Source of the DNA: an uncultured Gemmatimonadales bacterium
Lineage (GTDB): Bacteria; Gemmatimonadota; Gemmatimonadetes; Longimicrobiales; Gaopeijiaceae
DNA: 64,000 bases
Direction: 5' to 3'
Assembly: GCA_963809895.1 (NCBI GenBank)
Contig: CAWELD010000003.1
Coordinates: 1,600,001-1,664,000, forward strand
In this document: positions 53,002-62,197 of the stretch, in pieces
How the letters are laid out: every line of letters starts with the position of its first letter
Position numbering within the stretch: the first letter of the stretch is position 1
Made by a program: the position numbers and the translations under genes
Notes under the pieces: model-generated
Told to the model about the DNA's origin: nothing
The model's database searches: none
Seen by the model: the letters and a program-made list of their open reading frames with translations, nothing else

Positions 53002-53919
53002 CTACACGTCGCGCCGGGCGCGGACGATCCTCCTCCGCCCCGACAGGTCCCGCAGGATCTCCGGCGCCTGAAAGGCCCCGGTGGACCCGATGCTCTCCGC
53101 CACGGCTTCCGCCTGCCCGAGGCCGACTTCCACCGCCAGCAGCCCACCCGGGTTCAGGTGCGCGGCGGCACCCTCCACCAGGCCGTCCAGCACCTCGAAT
53201 CCCCGCTCGGAGGCGATGAGCGCCGTCTCGGGCTCCCAGTCGCGCACCTCGGGCTGCAACGCCGGGGCCTCCTCCACCGCGATGTACGGGGGATTGGAGA
53301 CCACCACGTCGAACCGCTCGCCCGCCACGGGCGCGAACAGGGGCCCGCACAGGAACTCCACCCGGTCGCCGCCGGTGACGGTGGCGGCGTTCGCTCGCGC
53401 CACCTCCAGCGCATCTTCACTCACGTCGGTGGCCACCACCCGCGCGAAGGGTCCTTCGTGGGCCAGGGACAAGGCGATGCACCCGCTCCCCGTTCCCACG
53501 TCCAGGGCCACCAGATCCGCCCGTCCCCGCACCTGCTCCAGGACCGCTTCCACCAACTGCTCGGTCTCGGGTCGGGGAATCAACACCCTGCGGTCCACCC
53601 GCAGGTCCAGCTCCCGGAACGCGGCGCGCCCGACGATGTACTGGAGCGGCTCGCGCGCGGCTCGCCGCAGGAGGAGTGGTTTGAAGGCGGCGAGCTCGTC
53701 CTGCGCCAGCGGCCGGTCATACTGCAGATAGAGCTGCAAGCGACTCGTGTCCAGGGCGTGGGCGAGCAGGTGCTCCGCGTCGAGGCGCCCCTGGGCCACG
53801 CCCTTCTCCTGCAGATACCCGGCACTCCAACGGATCAGCTCCAGGACGGTCCAGGAGCGACCCGCCGCCGAGCCGCCCTCCGTCTCCGCCGCCGCACGCG
53901 CCTCCGCGGCCCGGGTCAC
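53002..53919 (-). CDS. prmC: release factor glutamine methyltransferase
   Basis: [26 protein letters not shown]. Confidence 0.96.
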   Translation of the reverse strand: MTRAAEARAAAETEGGSAAGRSWTVLELIRWSAGYLQEKGVAQGRLDAEHLLAHALDTSRLQLYLQYDRPLAQDELAAFKPLLLRRAAREPLQYIVGRAAFRELDLRVDRRVLIPRPETEQLVEAVLEQVRGRADLVALDVGTGSGCIALSLAHEGPFARVVATDVSEDALEVARANAATVTGGDRVEFLCGPLFAPVAGERFDVVVSNPPYIAVEEAPALQPEVRDWEPETALIASERGFEVLDGLVEGAAAHLNPGGLLAVEVGLGQAEAVAESIGSTGAFQAPEILRDLSGRRRIVRARRDV

Positions 53920-55013
53920 GAGACCGTGCCCTCCAGCAGCTCCTCCCGCGCCGCGAGCCTCAGCGCCCGCACGAACTCCTCGAGCTCCCCGTCCAACACG
54001 GCTTCCAGGTCGTAGGTGCTCAGGCCGATGCGGTGGTCCGTAACGCGATTCTGCGGAAAGTTGTACGTGCGGATCTTGGCGGACCGGTCGCCGGTGCCCA
54101 CCTGGCTGCGACGGGCAGCGGAGCGCTCGGCCTCCTGCGCGGCCAGCTTACGGTCCAGAAGCCGACTGCGCAGCACCTTCAGCGCCTTGGCCTTGTTCTT
54201 GTGCTGGGACTTCTCGTCCTGACAGCTCACCACCAGCCCGGTGGGCACATGCGTGATGCGCACCGCCGAGTCGGTGGTGTTGACCGACTGGCCGCCGGGG
54301 CCCGACGAACGGAAGACGTCGATGCGGAGCTCTCCGGGATCGATGTGCACGTCCACCTCCTCGGCCTCCGGAAGTACCGCCACCGTGGCCGCCGAGGTGT
54401 GGATCCGCCCCTGGCTCTCGGTCTCCGGCACCCTCTGCACGCGGTGGACGCCGGATTCGAACCGGAGGCGTCCGAAGGCGCCTCGGCCGCGCACTTCCAG
54501 CACCGCTTCCTTCACGGCGCCGGGAATCCCCTCGGACAGCTCGATCAGGTCCGTGGACCATCCCATGCGCTCGGCGTAGCGCCGATACATGCGCAGCAGG
54601 TCCGCCGCGAACAGCCCCGCCTCGTCTCCGCCGGTGCCGGCACGGATCTCCACCACCGCGGGGCGGTCGTCCATGGGATCGCTGGGCAGCAGATGCTCCC
54701 GGACCGACTCGGTGAGCGCCGGCAGCTCGGCTTCCAGCGACGATACCTCGTCTTCGGCCAACCCACGCATCTCGGGATCGACAGCCTCGTCCAGGACCTC
54801 CCGGGCACCCTTCAGATCGTCGAGTACGGCCAGGAGCCGCTCGCCTTCGCGAACCGCCGGTTCCAGCGCGGCGCGCTCCTGCCCCACTTCCCGCAGGCGC
54901 TCCGGGTCGCGCAGCACCTCGGGATCGGCGAGCTTCTCCTCCAGCTCGGCGAAGCGCCGGGTCGCTTCGGCGAGGCGCTCCAGGAGTCGTGAATCCGGCT
55001 TCGTGCCGCTCAC
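53916..55013 (-). CDS. prfA: peptide chain release factor 1
   Basis: GTGGDEA, RVPETE (PxT), GGQ, RTYNFPQ. Confidence 0.97.
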   Translation of the reverse strand: MSGTKPDSRLLERLAEATRRFAELEEKLADPEVLRDPERLREVGQERAALEPAVREGERLLAVLDDLKGAREVLDEAVDPEMRGLAEDEVSSLEAELPALTESVREHLLPSDPMDDRPAVVEIRAGTGGDEAGLFAADLLRMYRRYAERMGWSTDLIELSEGIPGAVKEAVLEVRGRGAFGRLRFESGVHRVQRVPETESQGRIHTSAATVAVLPEAEEVDVHIDPGELRIDVFRSSGPGGQSVNTTDSAVRITHVPTGLVVSCQDEKSQHKNKAKALKVLRSRLLDRKLAAQEAERSAARRSQVGTGDRSAKIRTYNFPQNRVTDHRIGLSTYDLEAVLDGELEEFVRALRLAAREELLEGTVS

Positions 55014-55092
55014 CGCGCGCGAATCCCTCCCCGCAGCGGCCCAGCGGCCGTGCGAGCGAATGCGGCCGGGAGTCCAAACCCGGCCGCGAGGA

Positions 55093-55299
55093 TCACTTCT
55101 GGCTCTTGGCGTACTTGCGCTTGAAGCGCTCGACGCGGCCCGCGGTGTCCACCAGGCGCTGCTTGCCTGTGTAGAACGGGTGGCAGACCGAGCAGATCTC
55201 CACGTGGATCTCATCCCTCGTGGACATGGTCTCGATCCGGTTCCCGCACGCGCACACGATGGTGGCAGGCTTGTAGTCGGGATGGATGCCCTGCTTCAT
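55093..55299 (-). CDS. rpmE: 50S ribosomal protein L31 (Zn-binding type)
   Basis: [27 protein letters not shown]. Confidence 0.98.
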   Translation of the reverse strand: MKQGIHPDYKPATIVCACGNRIETMSTRDEIHVEICSVCHPFYTGKQRLVDTAGRVERFKRKYAKSQK

Positions 55300-55409
55300 G
55301 GTCCGTCTCTCCGCTCCTCAATCGAAACGGGCCCGAGGCCACCACCTTCGGGGGCCGGGCCCGCCGGTCTCCCGGGCGGCCGCCCTGAGAGTCCCCGTAT
55401 AGCCTGGAG

Positions 55410-55438
55410 AATATAGGGGGACGGCGGGGTGTGATCAA
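55410..55438 (-). promoter_or_regulatory. sigma70-type promoter of rpmE-prfA-prmC
   Basis: TTGATC-17 bp-TATATT. Confidence 0.7.
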
Positions 55439-56964
55439 CCGGATCGGAGCGAATGCTCCCTCCCGCCTCCGCGGCGTGCCAGGACGCCCCCGAGCGCCAG
55501 CACGAACCCGGCCAAGGTCGCCAGCGGCCCCACCAGGTCTCCCGTGCGCACGAAGAGGGTGGGCGACACCAGGCTCGTGACCCGGCCGCGGGCGACCCCG
55601 GGCAGGAAGGGAGGCATCAGAACGGTCTCGCGGCCGCCCGGATCGACGGTCGTGGTGAGGCCGTCGTTTCCGACCCGCAGAGCACCCGCACCGGTCTCCA
55701 CGGATCGCAGGCGAAGGTGTGCCGGGTGCTGCCAGAACGCCGCCGTGCGCGACCAGCGAGACACCTCGCCGAGCCAAGCGTCGTTGGTGACGTTGAGCAG
55801 GGCCACCGCGCCCCGGGCCCGGAGCGAGCGGGCGGGCTCCGGGCCGGCGGACTCGATGCACACCAGGACCGCGAGGGTGTCTCCCCCGACGGGCAGCAGG
55901 GCCGGCCGGGTGCCGGCGACCAACCCGCCTCCACCCGTCGGGAACCACTCCACGCCGGGCACCAGTCGATGCTTGTCGGCTCTGGGCCAGGGCAGCTCGG
56001 GATCGGGCCCCACCAGGAAGACCGCGTTGGTGAGGCCCCGGGCCTCCAGCCCGTAGGCGCCCACGGCCAGCGGCACCCCCCATCGTCGGACCCGGTCGGA
56101 CAACTGGGCGCGCAGGCTCCGGGCCCCGGGTCCGTCCAGGGGCACGGGCACCGCCGTCTCCGGGAGCACCACCAGGTCCACACCCGTCAAGGCGGTGTCG
56201 GGCAGCAACGCCGTGGCAGACTGCAGGGCGCGAAGCGCGCTCATGGGATCGGTGGCGCGCTTGACCTCCAGCGGAACCGCGGGCTGCACGGCGAGTGCGT
56301 CCAGCACCGGACGGGGGTCCAGGGTGGACAGTCGCGCCCGGCCGCCGATCCAGGCCATGACCACCGCCGCGGCGGCCAGCCCCGCGGGGCCCCAGCGACG
56401 TACCGCGCGCCCCTCCGGCGCCGCCGACAACCCCGAGGCGACGGCACCGTTCACGGCGGCGACGGCCAGGGCGACGCCGCGCTCTCCAACCCAGGCTGCG
56501 GCCTGCACCAGCGCCGGGATCCCGGCCAGGGGCACGGCGATGCCCATCCACGGAAAGTCCAGGGGACCCAGCGCCGAGCCTCGTATCCACTCTCCGGCGG
56601 TCCACGCCAGGGCCAGGGCGAGTGGCAGCGGAGTCCGGTCCGCCAACAGGCGGAGAAGCGCGCCGACTCCGGCGCCCAGCAACGCCAACAGGGCCACCTG
56701 ACCGAGCCAGGCGGGGATCGTCCACAGACCGACCCGGGGCGCCAACCGCAGGACCCACAACAGGAGCAACCCCCAGTGGACCGCGAACAGGAGCGCCCCG
56801 GAGCGCGCGCACCGTCTCACCGAACCACGGGCGGAACCCGCGCCGGCCACGGCAGCGGCCCACGGTGCCAAGGCCACGAACACCAACAGGGGCACGGGCG
56901 ACGGTGGCGCCGCCAGCGTCAGGAGAACGCCGGAGAGGATGGCGGTGCGGCCGAGGCGGGTCAC
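55435..56964 (-). CDS. lnt: apolipoprotein N-acyltransferase
   Basis: TM N-terminus, FPW, nitrilase triad in VLPETA / DKHRLVP / VCIES, TNDAW. Confidence 0.9.
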   Translation of the reverse strand: MTRLGRTAILSGVLLTLAAPPSPVPLLVFVALAPWAAAVAGAGSARGSVRRCARSGALLFAVHWGLLLLWVLRLAPRVGLWTIPAWLGQVALLALLGAGVGALLRLLADRTPLPLALALAWTAGEWIRGSALGPLDFPWMGIAVPLAGIPALVQAAAWVGERGVALAVAAVNGAVASGLSAAPEGRAVRRWGPAGLAAAAVVMAWIGGRARLSTLDPRPVLDALAVQPAVPLEVKRATDPMSALRALQSATALLPDTALTGVDLVVLPETAVPVPLDGPGARSLRAQLSDRVRRWGVPLAVGAYGLEARGLTNAVFLVGPDPELPWPRADKHRLVPGVEWFPTGGGGLVAGTRPALLPVGGDTLAVLVCIESAGPEPARSLRARGAVALLNVTNDAWLGEVSRWSRTAAFWQHPAHLRLRSVETGAGALRVGNDGLTTTVDPGGRETVLMPPFLPGVARGRVTSLVSPTLFVRTGDLVGPLATLAGFVLALGGVLARRGGGREHSLRSG

Positions 56965-58256
56965 GCCGCCGCCCGAACCTCCCGGGAGGAGGCCGCCGCC
57001 TCGGCGTCGGGGCGCCCGGTCCGTCCCAGACGCCCCAGAGTCCACGCCACCGCCTGGTTCAGGGGAAGCGCGAAGGCCACGATCTCGAGATTTCCCTGGT
57101 GAAAGCCGGGCAGCACCTTGAGCACCAGCCCCGCCGCCGACAGGACCGCGACGGCGCGCGCCACCGCGACGCCCCAGCGCGGCATGCGTCCCCGGACGAC
57201 AAGCAGGGCCGCCGCCAGGCCCAGCGCCACATGCAGCGGACTCGCCTGGAAGAGGTTCTCGTTGGGCCGCCAGAAAACATGATCGGTCAGGTACGAGCCC
57301 AGCAGCACGGTGCCGGCGAATCCGGCGATCAGGCACCAGAGCGCGCACAGAGCGCCGGACAGCCTCCCAACCGCCCCGCTCCGGGGCGCGGCCAGCCCCA
57401 GGAGGGCCACCATGGCCGCGCCGACGAGTCCCAGAAGGAGGAACTGCACCACGTGGCTGCGTGGCTCACTGGGAACCGGCCCCCGGGTGCTGTCCAGGAG
57501 CTGGATCTCACGCCGCACCAACGGCCGCTCCACCCCGTCGGCGCCGGTGATCGTGGTCTCCGCCGCGAAGGCCCGGACCTTCATGGGAATGAACATCTCC
57601 TGCCAGGCGTCGATGGTCTCGTCGCCGGGCTCGCCGAGCACGATCTGGACGCCGGTGCGGGGCCAGGGATCACCGCGCAGCAGGCGCAGGGTGTGCCAGC
57701 GCCAGGTGGTCCCGGTGGGGACCGACGCCCACCGACGCTCGAGGGCCCCGCCCAGGACCGCGTCCAGCATGTCGCGCACGCGGGTCGAGCAGTTGTCCCG
57801 ATAATAGTCGTAGCGGTAGTAGCGGTTCTCGGGCTGGGCGTTCAGCCGGATGAGCCGGTCCAACTCGGCTTCCTGGGACGGGGTCAGCTCCAGTTCCTGC
57901 GCCCATACCGGCCGATTGCGCTCTCGATACTCGGCCAGGGTGGCCTCCATGCTGAATCCGCCCATGGCGTACAGCATCTCCCCCCGGATCAACCGCGGGA
58001 TGAACCCCTCCTGGCTGAACGAGAACAGCCCCCAGTTCCAGACCGCGTCCTCGCCGGTGCGCTCGTCGTGGATCCAGATGGCGTTGTGGCCGAAGCGCTC
58101 CCAGACGGCGTCGCCCGGGCCCATGGTCACCAGGTAGACGGTGAGAGGATCGTCCTGGGCGGCAACCGAGTCGCCGGGATCCTGCGCCGAGGCGCGGGCC
58201 GGCGCCGACCCCGCCAACGTCGCCAGCACCAGGAGCGCCGGCAACGGCCCCCGCAC
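56961..58256 (-). CDS. DUF4105 (Lnb N-terminal-like) membrane protein
   Basis: signal peptide, GPGDAVWERFGHNAI, WNWGLF, YRYDYYRDNCSTRVRD, C-terminal TM helices. Confidence 0.82.
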   Translation of the reverse strand: MRGPLPALLVLATLAGSAPARASAQDPGDSVAAQDDPLTVYLVTMGPGDAVWERFGHNAIWIHDERTGEDAVWNWGLFSFSQEGFIPRLIRGEMLYAMGGFSMEATLAEYRERNRPVWAQELELTPSQEAELDRLIRLNAQPENRYYRYDYYRDNCSTRVRDMLDAVLGGALERRWASVPTGTTWRWHTLRLLRGDPWPRTGVQIVLGEPGDETIDAWQEMFIPMKVRAFAAETTITGADGVERPLVRREIQLLDSTRGPVPSEPRSHVVQFLLLGLVGAAMVALLGLAAPRSGAVGRLSGALCALWCLIAGFAGTVLLGSYLTDHVFWRPNENLFQASPLHVALGLAAALLVVRGRMPRWGVAVARAVAVLSAAGLVLKVLPGFHQGNLEIVAFALPLNQAVAWTLGRLGRTGRPDAEAAASSREVRAAA

Positions 58257-58267
58257 CCGGCGGGTGC

Positions 58268-59281
58268 TCAGAGCTCCACCTCCCGCCGTTCCTCGGACGA
58301 CCGGTACACGGCTTCGATCACCGCCATCAGGTGTTCCTGCTCCTCGGGCAGATCGCCGTTCCCCTCGCCCTTGGCCGCCCGCAGAAAATGATCGATCTCA
58401 CGGCGATAGGCGTTCATGTACGGGGCGCTGCCCGAGGGCAGCGGGGGCTGCTTGGGCGTGACCTCCATGGGCCGGCCGCCCAGTTGCTTGAACACCTCCA
58501 GGGGCGGGAGCGAGCCGGACCCGTCGGTACCGAGGACCCGCGCGTAGTGGCGGTCTTCCGACCCGAAGAAGCTCCAGCTCACCTCGACCGAGAGCGCGAT
58601 CCCGTCGGCGGTCTCGGCGAGGAGGGTGGCTGCGTCCTCCACCTCGTACTCGTCGCGGGACAGCACCGCGCTCACGCGGCGCACCCGGGGACTGTCCAGG
58701 AGCCAGAGGGCCAGGTCCAGCGATTGGACGCCCAGGTCCATGAGGGCGCCCCCGCCGGCCTGCTCGGGCCGCTGTCGCCACGTGCCCCGGCGCAGGGGCA
58801 CCTTGCGGTTCATCCACGCCACCCGGGCGGCGTAGGGCCGGCCCAGCTCCCCGCCGGCGACGAAGGCGCGCAGGGCCGAAACGTCGGGTCGGAAGCGATG
58901 GCTCATGCCGACCATGACCGTGCACTCCGACGCCCGCGCGGCGTCGAGCACTCGCCGGCATCCGGCGGAGCTGAGAGCAAGAGGCCGTTCCACCAGCACG
59001 TGCTTGCCCGCCTCCAGCGCCGCGACCGCCTGGGACTCGTGCAGGTGGTTCGGCGTGCAGATCAGGACGGCCTGGACCTCCTCGTCGGTGAGGAGCGCCT
59101 CGTCGCCCAGGACGCGATCCACCCCGAAGCGACGACCGATGGCGCCGGCCTTCGCCTCGTCGGCGTCGGAGACGGCGACGAGAACCACGTCGTCCCGCTC
59201 GGTGAGGAGCGGCAGATGCACGAGCTGACTCACCGCACCCGTTCCCGCCACTCCGACCCGGATCGGTCCCCCGTTGCTCAT
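58268..59281 (-). CDS. Gfo/Idh/MocA family oxidoreductase
   Basis: GTGAVS, CTPNHLH, GKHVLVERP, GGGALMDLG. Confidence 0.9.
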   Translation of the reverse strand: MSNGGPIRVGVAGTGAVSQLVHLPLLTERDDVVLVAVSDADEAKAGAIGRRFGVDRVLGDEALLTDEEVQAVLICTPNHLHESQAVAALEAGKHVLVERPLALSSAGCRRVLDAARASECTVMVGMSHRFRPDVSALRAFVAGGELGRPYAARVAWMNRKVPLRRGTWRQRPEQAGGGALMDLGVQSLDLALWLLDSPRVRRVSAVLSRDEYEVEDAATLLAETADGIALSVEVSWSFFGSEDRHYARVLGTDGSGSLPPLEVFKQLGGRPMEVTPKQPPLPSGSAPYMNAYRREIDHFLRAAKGEGNGDLPEEQEHLMAVIEAVYRSSEERREVEL

Positions 59282-59970
59282 CGGTTGCGTGACTCCCCGG
59301 GCGCCGACGGCCCGAACATGAATTGGGCACCCATGCGGAATTCGCCGTACTGCAGGTCCCCCAGGATCTCGTAGCGCGCCACCCCGTACAGGCGGAACGC
59401 GTCGCTCATGGGATACTCGAGACCGGCGTGGAAGTTGAAGCCGGCGGTCACCGAGTCCAGGAGGTCCTCCACGAAGGTGCCGCGAATGAGCTCGCCGCTG
59501 CCGTTCTCCACGTGCGCCGCCACCCCGGCACCGAGGTAGGTCAGCAGGTTGAAGGGCACCGCCCACACCAGGTGACCGTCCAGCCCCAGCACCAGGTCCG
59601 ACCACTCGATCTCGCCCAGGTCCACGGTTGCGGGAGGCGTGTCCGGTGGAAGCTCGCGGTTGACGAGCTCCTGCACGCGGTCCTCCAGCTTGCCGACCTC
59701 GCTGTCCTTCATGCGCGACGACCAGTAGCTGATGGTCGGCGTCAGCCGGAGCCCGGGACCGAGGTACCCGAGGTCCAGGCGCATCCCGTAGCTGGTGGTG
59801 GGCTCGACCCGGGTCGGAAAGATCCGCCCGATCTCCACGCCGATGCCACGGAACGCCAGGTTCTCGTAGTCGAAGTCCGCCAGGTCCTGCCCGGCGGCCG
59901 GCCTCGCCGCAACGGTCATGGCCAGGGCCGCCACCGCGGCCCACCGCACCCCCCATATCCGTCTCTTCAC
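59278..59970 (-). CDS. secreted protein, probable outer-membrane beta-barrel
   Basis: signal peptide, alternating amphipathic beta strands, RMGAQFMF near the C-terminus. Confidence 0.65.
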   Translation of the reverse strand: MKRRIWGVRWAAVAALAMTVAARPAAGQDLADFDYENLAFRGIGVEIGRIFPTRVEPTTSYGMRLDLGYLGPGLRLTPTISYWSSRMKDSEVGKLEDRVQELVNRELPPDTPPATVDLGEIEWSDLVLGLDGHLVWAVPFNLLTYLGAGVAAHVENGSGELIRGTFVEDLLDSVTAGFNFHAGLEYPMSDAFRLYGVARYEILGDLQYGEFRMGAQFMFGPSAPGESRNR

Positions 59971-61442
59971 TCGTCCACCACCTTGCCGATGAGGTCGTAT
60001 TCCAGGGCGTCGACGATCTCCACCCTCACCATGGCGCCCGCTTCGAGGCGGGCGTGCGGCAGGAGCTGCGTGCTGCCGTCCACGTCCAGAGCCTGGCCCA
60101 CCGTGCGGCCGACGGCCGCGAAGTCCGGATCGTCGCCGTCGTCCATCATGCGATCCACCAGAACGTCGTGCACGCGTCCGACCTGGTCCAGGTTGCCATC
60201 GAAGGAGATCCCGCGCTGTACGTCGAGGAGCTCCTCCAGGCGTTCCCGCTTCAACGACTCGGGCAACTGCTCGTCCATCTCCGCCGCCAGGGTGCCCTCT
60301 TCGACGGAGTAGGTGAAGGCACCCACCCGATCGAATCGAATCTCCTGAAGGAGGTCCAGAAGCTCGGCGAAGTCCTCGTCGGTCTCCCCCGGGAACCCCA
60401 CGATCACCGTCGTCCGCAGCGTCAGATCGGGAATGGCGTCGCGCAGCCAGGCCACCCGCTCACGGATGGTGGCGCGACGCTCGGGACGGCGCATGGCCGC
60501 CAGGATGCGGTCGCTGCCGTGCTGAAGCGGAACGTCCAGATAGGGCAGCAGACGGGGCCCCTCGCTGCGCGCCACCCCCTCCGCCATGAGCTCCACCAGC
60601 TCCGGGGTGATCCCCGACGGATACATGTAGAAGAGGCGGTACCAGTCCACCTCGGTCCCGGACAGGAGGGCGCGAAGCAGGTCCGGCAGCAGCGGCGCGC
60701 TCCGGTCCTTCCGGCGCAGGTCGCGGCCGTACCAGGTGGTGTCCTGCGAGATGACGTTGAGCTCCCGCACTCCCGCACGCCCCAGGCTGCGGGCTTCGGC
60801 CACCAGCTCCTCCAGAGGCACCGAGCGGTGCAGGCCCCGCATGAGGGGGATGGCGCAGAAGGCGCAGGTGTGGTCGCAGCCCTCGCTGATCTTGAGGAAC
60901 GAGGAGTGCGGCGTCTCGCTGGTGAGGATGCGCAGCGGCCGCTCCATGACCGGGACCTGACCCGGCTCGGGGAGGAGGGCCCGGCGCCGCAGCTCGGGGA
61001 CGAGGTCCGGCAGATCGGTGAGGCCCAGGAAGAGGTCCACCTCCGGGATCTCCCGGGCCAGGTCGTCCTTGTAGCGCTGCACCATGCATCCCACCGCCAC
61101 CACCGCCCGCAGCTCTCCGCGAGCCTTGAGCTCGCAGGCCTCGAGGATGGTCTCGATGGACTGCTCCTTGGCGGCCTCGATGAACCCGCAGGTGTTCACG
61201 ATGACCAGGTCGGCGCCCTCGAGCTCGCCCGAGACGCGCGCGCCGTGGCCCACCAGGGCGGCCATCATACGCTCGGAGTCGACGGTGTTCTTGTCGCAGC
61301 CCAGCGTGACCAGGCCGATGCGGGGCCCGTCGTACGCACCCGCGGCCTCGACGGAGTGGCTCGCCGGCCGCACGCCGGGATCCACGTCGGGACGCACCGG
61401 GGTGGCGGTCACCGGGAATACGGGTAGATCGCGTGTCTTCAT
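59967..61442 (-). CDS. rimO: ribosomal protein S12 methylthiotransferase
   Basis: TLGCDKNTVDSE, NTCGFI, KISEGCDHTCAFC, TRAM domain. Confidence 0.95.
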   Translation of the reverse strand: MKTRDLPVFPVTATPVRPDVDPGVRPASHSVEAAGAYDGPRIGLVTLGCDKNTVDSERMMAALVGHGARVSGELEGADLVIVNTCGFIEAAKEQSIETILEACELKARGELRAVVAVGCMVQRYKDDLAREIPEVDLFLGLTDLPDLVPELRRRALLPEPGQVPVMERPLRILTSETPHSSFLKISEGCDHTCAFCAIPLMRGLHRSVPLEELVAEARSLGRAGVRELNVISQDTTWYGRDLRRKDRSAPLLPDLLRALLSGTEVDWYRLFYMYPSGITPELVELMAEGVARSEGPRLLPYLDVPLQHGSDRILAAMRRPERRATIRERVAWLRDAIPDLTLRTTVIVGFPGETDEDFAELLDLLQEIRFDRVGAFTYSVEEGTLAAEMDEQLPESLKRERLEELLDVQRGISFDGNLDQVGRVHDVLVDRMMDDGDDPDFAAVGRTVGQALDVDGSTQLLPHARLEAGAMVRVEIVDALEYDLIGKVVDE

Positions 61443-61476
61443 GCCTTCGCGCCGGAGGGCGATTGCTGTGGCGGGT

Positions 61477-62142
61477 TCAGCCGCTGACGACGTGGACGCC
61501 GGCTGGAGGCGTGAAGGTGAAGTCGTCCGCGCTCAGGCCCGGATCCACCTTCACGTGGTTCAAGGTCACCCGTCGCACCGACCCGTTCTCTTCGCGCACC
61601 TCGATGCGGCGGATCAGCCTCGAGGCCGGATCGATCCACACGGTGGCGTCCTGGTAGCCGCGATCGCTCCGCGGCGTCAGGTGGACGCGGACGGTGGACA
61701 TCCCGTCCACCGACTCCCTGCCCATGGCCTCCATGTCGTACTTCTCCGTGGGATTCTCCAGAAACTCGCGGTAGAAGTCCAGCCCGCCACGTGACGGATC
61801 CACGGGCAGGCGGATCACCTGATCGGGATTCATGCTCCGATAGTAGAGCCAGAAGTGGTCGCCGTCGGCCACCACCTGGTCCCCGTCGGGATCGGTGAAG
61901 TCCATGCGAAAGAGGTTGGGACGCATCTGGCAGAGACGGCCCCTGCTGCTCTTCTCTTCGTTCAGGAGCGGGATCTTCATCTCCTGCACGAAATCCGCGC
62001 ACACTCCGCGGATCCCCGAAAAGCGCTCGGAGGCGGCGGCCAGGACCCGGGCGGGATCATCGGCACCGCCCTGTTGAGCATGCACGCCGGGAGCGGCGAC
62101 GGCGCCCGCCAGGGCGACGGTCGCGAAGATGCGAAGGAGCAT
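61477..62142 (-). CDS. lolA: outer-membrane lipoprotein carrier LolA family
   Basis: signal peptide, ADFVQ, RPNLFR, VADG, FTFTPPAGV; follows ftsK. Confidence 0.85.
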   Translation of the reverse strand: MLLRIFATVALAGAVAAPGVHAQQGGADDPARVLAAASERFSGIRGVCADFVQEMKIPLLNEEKSSRGRLCQMRPNLFRMDFTDPDGDQVVADGDHFWLYYRSMNPDQVIRLPVDPSRGGLDFYREFLENPTEKYDMEAMGRESVDGMSTVRVHLTPRSDRGYQDATVWIDPASRLIRRIEVREENGSVRRVTLNHVKVDPGLSADDFTFTPPAGVHVVSG

Positions 62143-62197
62143 GATGACTTCCAGGGATTCCGGGACTCGAGGTGGTCCTGCCTTCCTACACGATCCC

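Noticed and set aside
52975..53004. possible CIRCE element upstream of the YlbF-like gene
   Set aside because: Only one half-site (TAGGCACTC) is present, with no GAGTGC arm after 9 nt. I also saw no CIRCE near hrcA-dnaJ, though that search was by eye.
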